A stretch of DNA of 30,260 nt from a virus (IMGVR_UViG_3300038974_000803:1-30260); one strand, 5' to 3'; shown: positions 9,101-17,919, counted from the first letter of the stretch. Program-made: numbers and translations. Notes: generated from the letters alone by a model not told the origin.

Positions 9101-12100
9101 TGTTCTGTGTCAGCCATACCAAGAATCCTGCGGACGGTATCACCAAAACACTGCAAATCACCGGAACAGCGATCATGGCCGTTCCTGACGCGCCCGTTTC
9201 GCTTTCTGCCTCGCTTGTCGGGACATCGATCCAATTAACCTGGTCTCCATCGCTGGATGCGACCACGACGGGATACTCCCTATATCTCAACGGCACGGCT
9301 GTTGTGCAGAATTATGCCGGCACACTCTTTATCTACAACGGTGCTCTTACTGCCGGAGTCTATACGTTTACGCTCAAGAACTGTAATTTAAACGGGGAAT
9401 CCGCCGCAGTGTCCGCGTCCAGTATCACGATCAGCATTCCGAGCACGCCTACGCCGACAACATCTGTCGAGGGCGAGATGTGTGTCGTAACGTGGCCCGA
9501 TTGCAAGACCACTCTGCCGATAGCGTATTATAAAATCAATGATGTCATTCAGGACAATTCGCTGCGATACCAGGAGCGCATTACCTGGACAGGCGAGAAA
9601 ATCTACAGCATCATCGCCGTTGACGTCGCCGGAAACGAAAGCGCGGCGGGATCGACCACCAAAACCATCGCGACATTAAATGCTCCGACCGGGCTCACGG
9701 CTGCCGGATCGACTTATTCGATCTTATTAAGTTTCGTATTCGAGACATTTACTGATTTCCAATGCGTCGAAATATGGTCATCGGATGTCAATAACCGCAA
9801 TTACGCTTTTCAGGTCGGCGAAACTGCAGCCCTGACCTGGGCGCATGGTGGACTCGATCTGATTGACACCCGGTATTACTGGATCCGGCTGCGCAACAAA
9901 TACGGATCAATCAGCAGTTGGTTCCCGGCCAGCGCGACCGATGGCGTCGAAGGTTCGACGTCAACCAATCCGGCCGACTATCTGGCCATCCTGACCGGCA
10001 GCATTACAGAGAATCAACTTGTCAACACATTAAACAGCCGCATTGATGTTCTGGACACGGACAGCTTTCTGATTGAAAACGATATCGTTGAAAGCGGCAT
10101 TTTCTCCGGCCTTGCCGATGCCTACTGTGGATTGTCGGAAGCGCAAAATATATTAAAAACCAATATCAGCACGGCCATGCACAACGCAGCTGATGCATTA
10201 TTGACGCTGGAAGCTCTGCAATCTGAAATAGCAGGACTGACCACAACGCCCTGGAGCGCAACTGGCAGTTACACCGCAGGCCGATATGTTACCTACAACA
10301 GCGTCGTCTATCGATGTATTCAGGCTTATGATTACCCTGCCGTAAAGACACCCGGCGTCGATACGGCGTACTGGGAAGAAGCAGACGCCATTGCGACCCT
10401 GCTTACGGAAGTCGAGTCCCGCGTGGACACGCTCGAAGGAGAAATTGTCAACAAAGTCAGCACAACAACGTATGATCTGCTGGAAGACCGCGTAACATCA
10501 GCGGAAAGTTTGTCCAGCCAAAACGCCGCCGACATTCTTCTGCGTGTTACGCAAGTGGACTTCGACGCGTTCTCGCAACAGTTCCTGCCGGCCTTCGATG
10601 CAGATCGTTATTATGATGTGAACGATTACGTCAAGTCAGGCGGCACAGCCTATGTCTGTATTAAATTAATCGATTTTACGCCAGCGCCTACGCCAGGCGT
10701 TACGTCCGGGTGGGAAGAATACTGGGAAGCGTCTGATTTTGCCGCCCGGTTCTCCAGCATTATTAATCAGGTAGAAATCAACGCCGATGGAATCGATATC
10801 ATGTCACAAGCCATCACCGGTCCTATCGCTCTGGTTGCTGATATCGTAGAAAACGGCATCATCGTTGAAGATGTCGGTGATATCACAAACATAGACACCC
10901 GCATATCGACAGCGCAAATTGATGTAGATGGAACCAAAGCTGATATTTTACTCCATGCCGCCCTGCTCGAAGATTACGGCAACCGTCTGTCCCAGGCCGA
11001 GATTGATATCGATGGCGCGAACGCGACTATTGCTCTCAAAGCCAGTAAAACAGACCTGAATGAAGCCAACTATAACATCTCGCTCGCGGAGCAAACCATC
11101 GACGCTCATACGGCGACCATATCGCTGCATGCATCGCGTCTGACGTCCGTCGAGGGCAGACTCAGCACCACAGAAGGGGCGTTATCCGATGCGGAACTCG
11201 TCATTGACGGCCATACGGCAACCATCTCATCACACACTTCGATGATTAATTCAATCGAAGGCCGGGTGAATTCCGCCGAAACCACAATCAGCGCTCATAC
11301 GACGTCCATCGCGGACCGGCTCTTAACGGCGACATACGACACGGATCAAAAAGACGCAAATAATTATCTGCGCCTTGCCGCGCTGGAAAACAGGCTGGAA
11401 GTTTATGATACAGCCAACGCGACGGCATACAATGCCGCGACGACCTATTATCCCGGCGAAATCGTCCTGGTTTCATCCGTATATTATCGGTGTATCAAAA
11501 CAGCCCTGAACAAGGCTCCCGCCTCTAATCCGACCTACTGGACGGCAATAAACGCCGGACTGCTTTCGCGATGGACATTGAAGCTCAATGCCAATAAGCA
11601 TGTTGCCGGCGTCGGCATGATGCTGGACGATTCCGGTTCATCTAAATTCGTGATTTTGTCAGACCAATTCATGGTTGTCGATCCAACGGACACCATGAAC
11701 CCGAAGGCCGTCTTCACGGTCGGCCCTATTGACGAAGTTTCCGGGGTCGGCATCAACGGAGATTTGATCACTGACGGCAGCATCCTGACACGCAACCTTG
11801 CCGCAAATTGTATCACGGCAGACAAAATCAAAGCGGGCGAAGTTACCGCAGACAAGATCGGCTCCGGCACGATTACATCAAAGACCATCACGTTATCGGC
11901 CGCTTCCGGAGCTACGTACATTGGCGCAGGCAAGACCGGATTCACCAATTCGCAGACTGGATTTATTCTAGGCGTAGATAATGGCGGCACGGCAAAATTC
12001 ATGATTGGCAATTCATCGAAATACTTTAACTGGAACGGCACGGACTTGCTTTTGGTCGGCGACATGAAAACCGCGACCGGAACCGGCAAACGCATGGAAT

Positions 12101-12642
12101 TTAACTCTACGAATCATCGGTTGTATTTTTACAATGACGCCGGCGACTGGGAAGTTATGCTCGGTGCGTCCACCGGATCTCCGACCGCCCTGCTTGGATT
12201 GGCCGAACGTAGCGAAAAGGTCGCAGCCAATGTCGCTCCGATTGCCGTCGTCGCCATCGGAACGATTGCGTGCACTGTGGCCAGGGAATCGTACGGCATT
12301 CATACTGCCAATTGCACTCTAAAAGCCAGTGGAACAAAAACATTAACAAACTATGGCGCAAACTTTTTCGTCAACGGCGGCAACGTGAATTATGGTGTGT
12401 ATGCCGAAGCCAAAAACACAACGGGAACCGGTGACTTCGAATCACCCCCCGACGCAAGCATTCTGGCGTATGGCGGTTATTTCAAGGGCGTGACCGGTCC
12501 GATTGTCCTGGAACCGTCAACGTCTGCTGCCGCTCCGTCACATTCCGCAAGAAAAGGGACATTATGGCTCACATCAGACGGATCTCTATATGTCAATATG
12601 AGCGGATCAACAATATGGACACGCATTGGTCCGGCATTTTAA
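6130..12642 (+). CDS. Tail tip / host specificity protein (gpI-like N-terminus fused to gpJ-like central fibre) with FN3, coiled-coil and CBM5/12-like modules
   Basis: N-terminal ubiquitin-like segment, poly-Gly and hydrophobic helices (gpI-like). gpJ motifs WPVLYG, ATDKLSGGIP, DNPAWASYDIL and DVIEVQHD. FN3-like repeats (AVDVAGNES, YYWIRLRNKYG). Also WTLKLNANKHVAGVGM..FVILSDQF and ITADKIKAGEVTADKI. Confidence 0.9.
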   Translation: METLTRGINIVNITNPFEPMGNREFKSAPSGLSLKECIDLVRSPLDGCFYVAAINGEVVPQDADYSLIYPEGSVVLCAVPEGGGGGGGKNTMRSVLMVVVTIVAMAATWYAGGAGGWGTAGYWGLGTTTNGVFTISTAGIAYAAAVGTAVGVAGGILVGLLCPYDMTGKDDESPTYSWGVTGENSNREGVVWPVLYGTARITPPIIGKYIECVDDKQYLNLLYAIADHSITDIDETSIRLNDNPVVKDEDNLTWEYRLGATTQSAIQNFTDLRDMRSINQKITKYTQWDAETSYDVNDYVDNDGCAWRCLKAHGGIANYHEPEEGTYWTEVNHPWTTVEANGTNIQGLGVAIALPMGLYKNKSEGGTAPLKVYLDIEYKETNSLAWTRLTSHAKKTLDDYYDSHWSWGYWDGPNWVEIEVGHLHPSMHVEGETDRTKAVDWPTTEYGQRPLFQWHWVTTGSNIQRRDEVLSTYTVIEEEQMSSVRRVFYADNLPEGTYQVRVRFTKGHSPANNSRYVSDTYLEYIESIIYDDFTYPGSSVFAIRALATDKLSGGIPTLSLIATRSTVPVWNGSAYVYKPADNPAWASYDILHNSVYGGGVDKNKIRYADFAAWAENCDEHYTAEGVASPVAFKCNIYLDASTTLRKTLNMIGQLGRGNTVQIGSEFSCFVDKLESLPVQSFIFNVANIKSKSFGFEYLPMAERANAIDVTFWDKENSYKQRTIELYADDFDSTTTEIKKSQITLKGCVTLEEAMAHGYFALKSNRYLTCTCSFEADIDAIGCMPWDVIEVQHDVTLWGEGGLVISATTNTITLDKPLTLNPGVTYTIRLQSADDDSIVEYTIAAVDEITISPTVTIVGTFDPVPVQYDKWVVTATGAATKYFRVLKISRAGDLTRKLHCIEYFDGIYDDTAAVPTPELPPTIIYEQNLKAEEIQSWDGSPTTTVNLSWSGFALLWHVFYQREGAKTFTYAGQTSIPFMHLTNLRAGDGSYLFCVSHTKNPADGITKTLQITGTAIMAVPDAPVSLSASLVGTSIQLTWSPSLDATTTGYSLYLNGTAVVQNYAGTLFIYNGALTAGVYTFTLKNCNLNGESAAVSASSITISIPSTPTPTTSVEGEMCVVTWPDCKTTLPIAYYKINDVIQDNSLRYQERITWTGEKIYSIIAVDVAGNESAAGSTTKTIATLNAPTGLTAAGSTYSILLSFVFETFTDFQCVEIWSSDVNNRNYAFQVGETAALTWAHGGLDLIDTRYYWIRLRNKYGSISSWFPASATDGVEGSTSTNPADYLAILTGSITENQLVNTLNSRIDVLDTDSFLIENDIVESGIFSGLADAYCGLSEAQNILKTNISTAMHNAADALLTLEALQSEIAGLTTTPWSATGSYTAGRYVTYNSVVYRCIQAYDYPAVKTPGVDTAYWEEADAIATLLTEVESRVDTLEGEIVNKVSTTTYDLLEDRVTSAESLSSQNAADILLRVTQVDFDAFSQQFLPAFDADRYYDVNDYVKSGGTAYVCIKLIDFTPAPTPGVTSGWEEYWEASDFAARFSSIINQVEINADGIDIMSQAITGPIALVADIVENGIIVEDVGDITNIDTRISTAQIDVDGTKADILLHAALLEDYGNRLSQAEIDIDGANATIALKASKTDLNEANYNISLAEQTIDAHTATISLHASRLTSVEGRLSTTEGALSDAELVIDGHTATISSHTSMINSIEGRVNSAETTISAHTTSIADRLLTATYDTDQKDANNYLRLAALENRLEVYDTANATAYNAATTYYPGEIVLVSSVYYRCIKTALNKAPASNPTYWTAINAGLLSRWTLKLNANKHVAGVGMMLDDSGSSKFVILSDQFMVVDPTDTMNPKAVFTVGPIDEVSGVGINGDLITDGSILTRNLAANCITADKIKAGEVTADKIGSGTITSKTITLSAASGATYIGAGKTGFTNSQTGFILGVDNGGTAKFMIGNSSKYFNWNGTDLLLVGDMKTATGTGKRMEFNSTNHRLYFYNDAGDWEVMLGASTGSPTALLGLAERSEKVAANVAPIAVVAIGTIACTVARESYGIHTANCTLKASGTKTLTNYGANFFVNGGNVNYGVYAEAKNTTGTGDFESPPDASILAYGGYFKGVTGPIVLEPSTSAAAPSHSARKGTLWLTSDGSLYVNMSGSTIWTRIGPAF

Positions 12643-12664
12643 ATTCTACCAGGGAGGAAACTAT

Positions 12665-12835
12665 ATGAAAACAGTACAGGATATTCAACAGGAACAAGTA
12701 TTGCTTGGCATGTTAATGGAAAAAAACAACATGCTGATCAGCATCAACAATGAAGCTCAGAAAATTATTGAGCGGAACAAAGAGCTGGAAGCGCAGCTCA
12801 AAAAACAACAGGAAGTAAACCCGGATAGCGAATGA
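12665..12835 (+). CDS. Small coiled-coil tail-associated hypothetical protein (56 aa)
   Basis: RBS GGGAGG at 12652-12657 precedes the ATG at 12665, which is more plausible than the 12626 start. Q/E/K-rich heptads. Confidence 0.7.
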   Translation: MKTVQDIQQEQVLLGMLMEKNNMLISINNEAQKIIERNKELEAQLKKQQEVNPDSE

Positions 12836-12851
12836 ATAAGGAGGAAAACTA

Positions 12852-14132
12852 ATGGCTATTACAATCGTCACCCGCGCCGGAAAGGGCGCGCCGATCAACG
12901 CGACAGAATTCGATGCCAACTTTACCAATCTCGCGGCTGCTATAGAAAATTTGTCAACCGGCCACGATCATGATGGCGTTGACTCGAAAAGCATCATCGC
13001 CGATTATCTCACCTATACGCCATCCGGTGCGTTGCAAGCCGTCACCGTACAAGATGCTATCGATGAACTGGAAAGCGAGAAACTGGCGACCAATCATACC
13101 GCGACAATAACAAACGCCACGGGGCAAATCGCTAAAATCACCGGGAAGATCTCGGAAACTGAGAACGCGACACATCATCATTATATATTTGATATCGCAA
13201 TGGCTAATTATACTCTTGATGCGGGCATAACCAACAGTGGCTTGCATTGTGGTATACGTTCAGGTGCCTACATTTTAACCGAATCATTTTGCGGCACGCT
13301 TGACAGGCAGATAGGCCTCTATGGCAGAGCAGGCATTAGTGTATGCGGTGTCGGCGGAACTATCAACACCGCATATGGCGGATATTTTGAAATACTGAAC
13401 GCTGACGCAGATGGCACGATCACTACTGCATATGGCGTCTATGTCAGTAATACCGGAGTGACAGGCACGATGACCAACCGTTACGGTCTGGGCATTGCTG
13501 CCATGGGCGGAGCAGGAACGGTCGCCGCAGGTATTAATGTCGGTACGTTGTCCGGCACACAGACAACAAAATACGGCATAAGCCTTGGAGCAATATCCGG
13601 TGCTTCTACTAATAATTACGGCATTAGCATCGGCAACGTTTCCGGCGGTACAAATAATTATGCCATTTACACCGGTACAGGTAACGTGCGGTTCGGCGGC
13701 ATGATCGATTTGGCCTCTGGACAAATCAAATTCCCTGCAACAGAGAATGCGTCTGCTGACGCAAATACACTGGATGATTACGAAGAAGGAACGTGGACAC
13801 CACTCGATTCAGGTGATGATACAATCGGGTCCGGAAAGTATGTGAAAATCGGCAAGATTGTTTTTATCTATATATTCATCACTGCCAATAGTGTAAGCAC
13901 TCAATCAATAAAGGGACTGCCATTCACAGTAGCGAGTTCATACTCAGGTCTACATTGGGCACACGTTGCACGTACTGATATTATAGACGCCGATGGATCA
14001 CCATGTTGCACGTATATGGCAGGAACAACATTGACATTCAAAAAACTAGACGGCAGCCAAACGAATCACACTCTTACAACGAATTCTACCGGAAATGTCA
14101 GGACAACGTTGCAAGGGTTTTATTTAGTATAA
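12852..14132 (+). CDS. Tail fibre / receptor-binding protein
   Basis: RBS AAGGAGG. N-terminal TRAGKGAPINATEFDANFTNL, GHDHDG metal motif, Gly/Thr-rich beta repeats (xYGxxx), and the IKFPAT..ADANTLDDYEEGTWTP fibre motif. Confidence 0.85.
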   Translation: MAITIVTRAGKGAPINATEFDANFTNLAAAIENLSTGHDHDGVDSKSIIADYLTYTPSGALQAVTVQDAIDELESEKLATNHTATITNATGQIAKITGKISETENATHHHYIFDIAMANYTLDAGITNSGLHCGIRSGAYILTESFCGTLDRQIGLYGRAGISVCGVGGTINTAYGGYFEILNADADGTITTAYGVYVSNTGVTGTMTNRYGLGIAAMGGAGTVAAGINVGTLSGTQTTKYGISLGAISGASTNNYGISIGNVSGGTNNYAIYTGTGNVRFGGMIDLASGQIKFPATENASADANTLDDYEEGTWTPLDSGDDTIGSGKYVKIGKIVFIYIFITANSVSTQSIKGLPFTVASSYSGLHWAHVARTDIIDADGSPCCTYMAGTTLTFKKLDGSQTNHTLTTNSTGNVRTTLQGFYLV

Positions 14133-14160
14133 AAATTTCATAATTCATAAGGAGAAAAAT

Positions 14161-14400
14161 ATGCTTACAAAAGAAGTTATCATCGGTCAAGTCGAAGTAG
14201 TCGCGAATAATTGTGTGCAGGTACGGCAGGACACGATTATCAAAGACGGCGATGTGGAAATCAGCAGGACCTATCATCGCCATGTCCTCGCTCCCGGCGA
14301 CAATCTCGATAATCAAGACCCGAAAGTCCGGGCAATCGCCGAAGCAGTCTGGACGCCGGAGATTATTGCCGCGTATCAGGCGTCTCTGAGCGAAGAATAA
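14161..14400 (+). CDS. Tail fibre-associated chaperone
   Basis: VQVRQDTIIKDGDVEISRTYHRHVLAPG..DPKVRAIAEAVWTPEIIAAY is the small protein type that follows DDYEEGTWTP-type fibres. RBS AAGGAG. Confidence 0.75.
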   Translation: MLTKEVIIGQVEVVANNCVQVRQDTIIKDGDVEISRTYHRHVLAPGDNLDNQDPKVRAIAEAVWTPEIIAAYQASLSEE

Positions 14401-14432
14401 CGCGCGGCTTCCTGCCGCTATGCCGCGCCGCG

Positions 14433-14472
14433 GAAGTGATCCGGTCCTCCCTGCCGGATCACTTCTTTTTTT
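14433..14472 (+). terminator. Rho-independent terminator ending the tail operon
   Basis: Perfect 12-bp stem GAAGTGATCCGG/CCGGATCACTTC, 9-nt loop, then T7. Confidence 0.9.
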
Positions 14473-14535
14473 GTCGTTGTATTATTTATAAAAGATGCTA
14501 CAACGTCTCCAAATAAAATTTAAGGGAGGAATCAT

Positions 14536-14715
14536 ATGCAATTTGTTCTGAAAGAAGCAACCATCAACGCGATCATGCAAAATCTTACTCAGCAACCCTG
14601 GTTAAATGTCAATAGTCTCATTAATGACATCGACAAACAAGTCGCCCCGCAACGGGCAATGCAACAGCAAAACAACCACAAGAGAGAAGCGGCTGAAGAA
14701 CCCGCGAAGGCATAA
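14536..14715 (+). CDS. Small hypothetical protein, 59 aa (MQFVLKEATINAIMQNLTQQPWLNVNSLINDIDKQV...), not in the ORF track
   Basis: Strong RBS AAGGGAGG, ATG at 14536, TAA at 14713-14715. Helix-Pro-helix pattern seen in small phage tail-region proteins. Confidence 0.75.
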   Translation: MQFVLKEATINAIMQNLTQQPWLNVNSLINDIDKQVAPQRAMQQQNNHKREAAEEPAKA

Positions 14716-14719
14716 CTTG

Positions 14720-14743
14720 CCGTAGTTGCAGCTACGGTTTTTT
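14720..14743 (+). terminator. Short terminator-like hairpin upstream of the glycosyltransferase operon
   Basis: CCGTAG(T)-TGCA-(G)CTACGG followed by T6. Confidence 0.5.
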
Positions 14744-14776
14744 ACTTTTACACAACCATCATAAGGAGGCAGCTTT

Positions 14777-16063
14777 ATGGCGAATGTGGCTATTCTTACG
14801 TCGTTCCGCGAGTTAAATCCCTGGTACAGTCTGACCGGGATTGTCAAAGATCAAATCCGAATGCTCTCGGAATATGGCAACAATGTAATTCTTCTCGTCA
14901 ACGAAAAGTTCGATTTATCAAATCTCCCCAACCATCTTGATTGTACCGTCTTGTCGATTGTTCCCGATGCCGACCTGATTGATTACCAAAACGGCCAGGA
15001 ACTTTCAGCGGCGCATCGGGAAACAGCAGACCGTACGGTTGTTATGCTGGCCGAAGTCATCAAACAGCATAATATTGACACGATCTTTACGCATGACATT
15101 GTCTTTACAGGATGGAACAGACCTTATGGCGAAGGCATCAAACAGCTCAACGGCAAGACTCCAGGCGTGATCTGGATGCACTGGATTCACAGTATCCCAT
15201 CGCAACGGGACTGGTGGCACATGGCGGATTACGGTCCTGGCCATAAGTTAATCTACCCGAACAAAACCGATGCGTTGCACGTCGCCGAAGCCTTTCACAC
15301 GACATTGTCTTCCGTGCGGGTCATTCCGCACATTAAAGATCTCCGTACAATGTATCATTTCAGCGCAAGCGCCTGTGAGATTATCGATAGATATCCGGCG
15401 CTCATGCAGGCCGACATCGTACAGATTTTGCCCGCATCTTCTGAGCGCTTTGAATCCAAAGGCGTCGATGAAGTGATCAAAATCATGGCGTTTATAAAAT
15501 CGCTCGGCGTGTCAGTATGCCTGATGGTCGCAAATCAGTGGGCGACGACGCAGGAACATTACGCCAATCTCAAAGAATACGAAGTCATGGCCACAAAATA
15601 CGGTCTCGTGCCCGGAAAAGATTTTTTCTTTTCATCGCTCATGCCGGACATTGCCGGCAATAATTATCGTGTCGGCATCCCGTCGGACATCCTGTTTGAG
15701 CTCATGCAGCTCTGCAATTTATTTATTTTCCCGACGCGCGGAGAAACTTTCGGACTGGTCCTGCCGGAAATATCGCTCGCGTCAGGCGCCCTGTGTGTCC
15801 TGAACCGATCACTTCAAATGCAACGTGAAATATCCGGAGGACATACGTTGTTTTTTGATTTCGGAGCATACAACGTCGTGATGCAGCGAGAACCTGAAGC
15901 AATGAACGATTATCTTCGCCAAATCGCTCTCGCAATTATGGGACGCATGCAGGAAAACGACGGCATCATGACGCGTACCTTCATGCGTAAATGCTACAAT
16001 TACGATTATTTATACAGGCAATATTATGCGCCTATCATGGCGGAAGCGAGGGTGAACTCATGA
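14777..16063 (+). CDS. Glycosyltransferase, GT-B fold (GT4-like)
   Basis: CNLFIFPTRGETFGLVLPE carries the EX7E motif of retaining GT4 enzymes. Also SERFESKGVD and FTHD. RBS AAGGAGG. No obvious transmembrane segment. Confidence 0.85.
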   Translation: MANVAILTSFRELNPWYSLTGIVKDQIRMLSEYGNNVILLVNEKFDLSNLPNHLDCTVLSIVPDADLIDYQNGQELSAAHRETADRTVVMLAEVIKQHNIDTIFTHDIVFTGWNRPYGEGIKQLNGKTPGVIWMHWIHSIPSQRDWWHMADYGPGHKLIYPNKTDALHVAEAFHTTLSSVRVIPHIKDLRTMYHFSASACEIIDRYPALMQADIVQILPASSERFESKGVDEVIKIMAFIKSLGVSVCLMVANQWATTQEHYANLKEYEVMATKYGLVPGKDFFFSSLMPDIAGNNYRVGIPSDILFELMQLCNLFIFPTRGETFGLVLPEISLASGALCVLNRSLQMQREISGGHTLFFDFGAYNVVMQREPEAMNDYLRQIALAIMGRMQENDGIMTRTFMRKCYNYDYLYRQYYAPIMAEARVNS

Positions 16064-16614
16064 AAAAAGACTTCGCAATCACCAACACGATTTATCGATG
16101 TCACGATATCGGCGACCTGACACTGGGGCATCCGCGCATCAGCATAGACTGTGTCCTGCATATCGGCAAATTCTGTGTCATCGCCGATGACGTAATCTTT
16201 CTAGAACACGAAGACATGCCCAACCAGAACACCACCCATTATCCGTTCTTCGCCTTGTTTGACTCAGCCAGACAGCCAGCGCATAAAACCATAGTGCCTA
16301 CGATCATCGGCAATGACGTATACATCGGACATGGCGCAATTATTTATCCCGGCGTAACCATCGGCAACGGAGCAATAGTTCAGCCCGGGGCGGTCGTCAC
16401 TCAAAACGTTGAACCGTATGCCATCGTCATCGGCAATCCAGCACAGGTAACAGGATGGCGCTTCGAGGAATCCTGGCGCAATTATATCAACGCCAAGCTG
16501 AAATGGTGGGAATGGCCAACGGATATTATTTTGGACAACCTCGAAGATCTGCTCAAGCCACCCGGCGACCACCTTTTTGCTCTGCGTAAAAAAATCAAGG
16601 AGGCGTTGAAATGA
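16060..16614 (+). CDS. CatB/Vat-like hexapeptide-repeat O-acyltransferase
   Basis: LHIGKFCVIADDV, YPF, IIGNDVYIGHGAIIYPGVTIGNGAIV..GAVVTQNVEPYAIVIGNPA..RF..LKWWEWP. ATGA overlap with the upstream stop gives a 16060 start. Confidence 0.85.
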   Translation: MKKDFAITNTIYRCHDIGDLTLGHPRISIDCVLHIGKFCVIADDVIFLEHEDMPNQNTTHYPFFALFDSARQPAHKTIVPTIIGNDVYIGHGAIIYPGVTIGNGAIVQPGAVVTQNVEPYAIVIGNPAQVTGWRFEESWRNYINAKLKWWEWPTDIILDNLEDLLKPPGDHLFALRKKIKEALK

Positions 16615-17192
16615 AGCATCGGAAAAACAACACTTCCTGGGGTTCGGAAATTATTTGTCCCGCCATTGCGTTAACTTTGCATCCGGCTAATATTATCGAT
16701 GTCGGCTGTGGCAACGGAGATATGGTGCAGTGGTTTTGTGATCACGGAATTCTTGCCGTCGGCGTCGAAGAACCTAATATGCCGCGGGAGACTGTGCTCT
16801 CTCACGTACGCGACAAAATATTGTATCTCGATCTTTGTGTCCCATGGATCGAGGAAGACTTTTCGTTTTGTTTCGATCTGGCAATATCTATCCACGTTGC
16901 AGAAAATATTCATCCAAACAAAACAGAAGCCTACCTTCGGAACCTGACTATGTTGTCACGAAACATCCTGATGGTTATTGCGCACCCCGATAGTTTCGAC
17001 AAAAGTGGCATCAATATACAAAGTTCAGCGTACTGGGACGCCCGGTTCAATAATTTAGGTTATCAACGCGACTCACGTATCGAGTGGGAATTAAAAAAGG
17101 CGTTGGTTCCGTATCGCAGCGACAACCGGGTTTACGACATGATTCATCATCTTAGTTTCTATCGCGGAGGTATAAATGACTCCTCTCATTGA
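16611..17192 (+). CDS. Class I SAM-dependent methyltransferase
   Basis: Motif I IIDVGCGNG, AVGVE, FDLAISIHVAENI and INIQSSAYW. ATGA-coupled to the upstream gene. Confidence 0.8.
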   Translation: MKHRKNNTSWGSEIICPAIALTLHPANIIDVGCGNGDMVQWFCDHGILAVGVEEPNMPRETVLSHVRDKILYLDLCVPWIEEDFSFCFDLAISIHVAENIHPNKTEAYLRNLTMLSRNILMVIAHPDSFDKSGINIQSSAYWDARFNNLGYQRDSRIEWELKKALVPYRSDNRVYDMIHHLSFYRGGINDSSH

Positions 17193-17919
17193 TATTACCA
17201 TGACCGCCACCCGGCGACCTGATATCATCAAGCAGACATTGTCATCTTTTTATCGCAACATGCTGGCGCCTGTCATTGACAGGTGCCGGATCATCGTCAA
17301 CATCGATCCAGTTGGAGAAAATATCGCCTCGCACGAAATCGTTCCGATCATTGCCGGATATTTCAACCATTATTATGTCAACCTGCCCATGACATCATCG
17401 TTCCCGCACGCCTTCAAATGGGTGTGGGAGAAATCAGACGCGCCCTGGGTGTTAAATCTGGAAGATGATTGGGAACTGCTGGAGAAAATTAATATCCACA
17501 GTCTGATCGGCATGATGTTGCGCTACCCGGCTCTGGCATCTCTGCGCCTGCCGTTTTTTAACGCGCAAGCCACGAGCATGAAGAACTGGAATCTGATCTT
17601 CCCCTGGAATGGAGAGTATTTCGAGTGCCCGGTAGATTTACGCCAGACGGCCGGATTCGCCGGGCATCCATCGTTGCTGCGAGGAGACTTTGTGCAACGC
17701 TGCGCGTCTCTGCTCTCCACAGACGCCAACCCGGAGAAGCAGTTTCATCATGGCAATGATAGTTTAATCCACGAAGTTCTGCGCTGGCAGTATGGCGTGT
17801 GGAGCAAGCCGAATGCACCCAAAGTTCTAAAAGACATCGGCGCAGAATGGAAAATAAAAAACAATATTCAAAAGGCTGGCCCCAAAGCCTTTTTTACACA
17901 ATGGGAGAAAACATCATGA
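17176..17919 (+). CDS. Glycosyltransferase, GT-A fold (GT2-like)
   Basis: ITMTATRRPDIIKQTL start, IVNID, and the WVLNLEDDWEL acidic metal-binding motif. RBS GGAGG. Confidence 0.75.
   Translation: MTPLIDITMTATRRPDIIKQTLSSFYRNMLAPVIDRCRIIVNIDPVGENIASHEIVPIIAGYFNHYYVNLPMTSSFPHAFKWVWEKSDAPWVLNLEDDWELLEKINIHSLIGMMLRYPALASLRLPFFNAQATSMKNWNLIFPWNGEYFECPVDLRQTAGFAGHPSLLRGDFVQRCASLLSTDANPEKQFHHGNDSLIHEVLRWQYGVWSKPNAPKVLKDIGAEWKIKNNIQKAGPKAFFTQWEKTS

Noticed and set aside
12852-14132. Diversity-generating retroelement or invertible tail fibre system
   Set aside because: No reverse transcriptase, template repeat, invertase or duplicate fibre tip is visible in the window.
16060-16614. Chloramphenicol/streptogramin resistance gene (catB/vat)
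   Set aside because: Same fold, but it is embedded in a glycan operon and lacks the canonical His context. Sugar acylation is more parsimonious.
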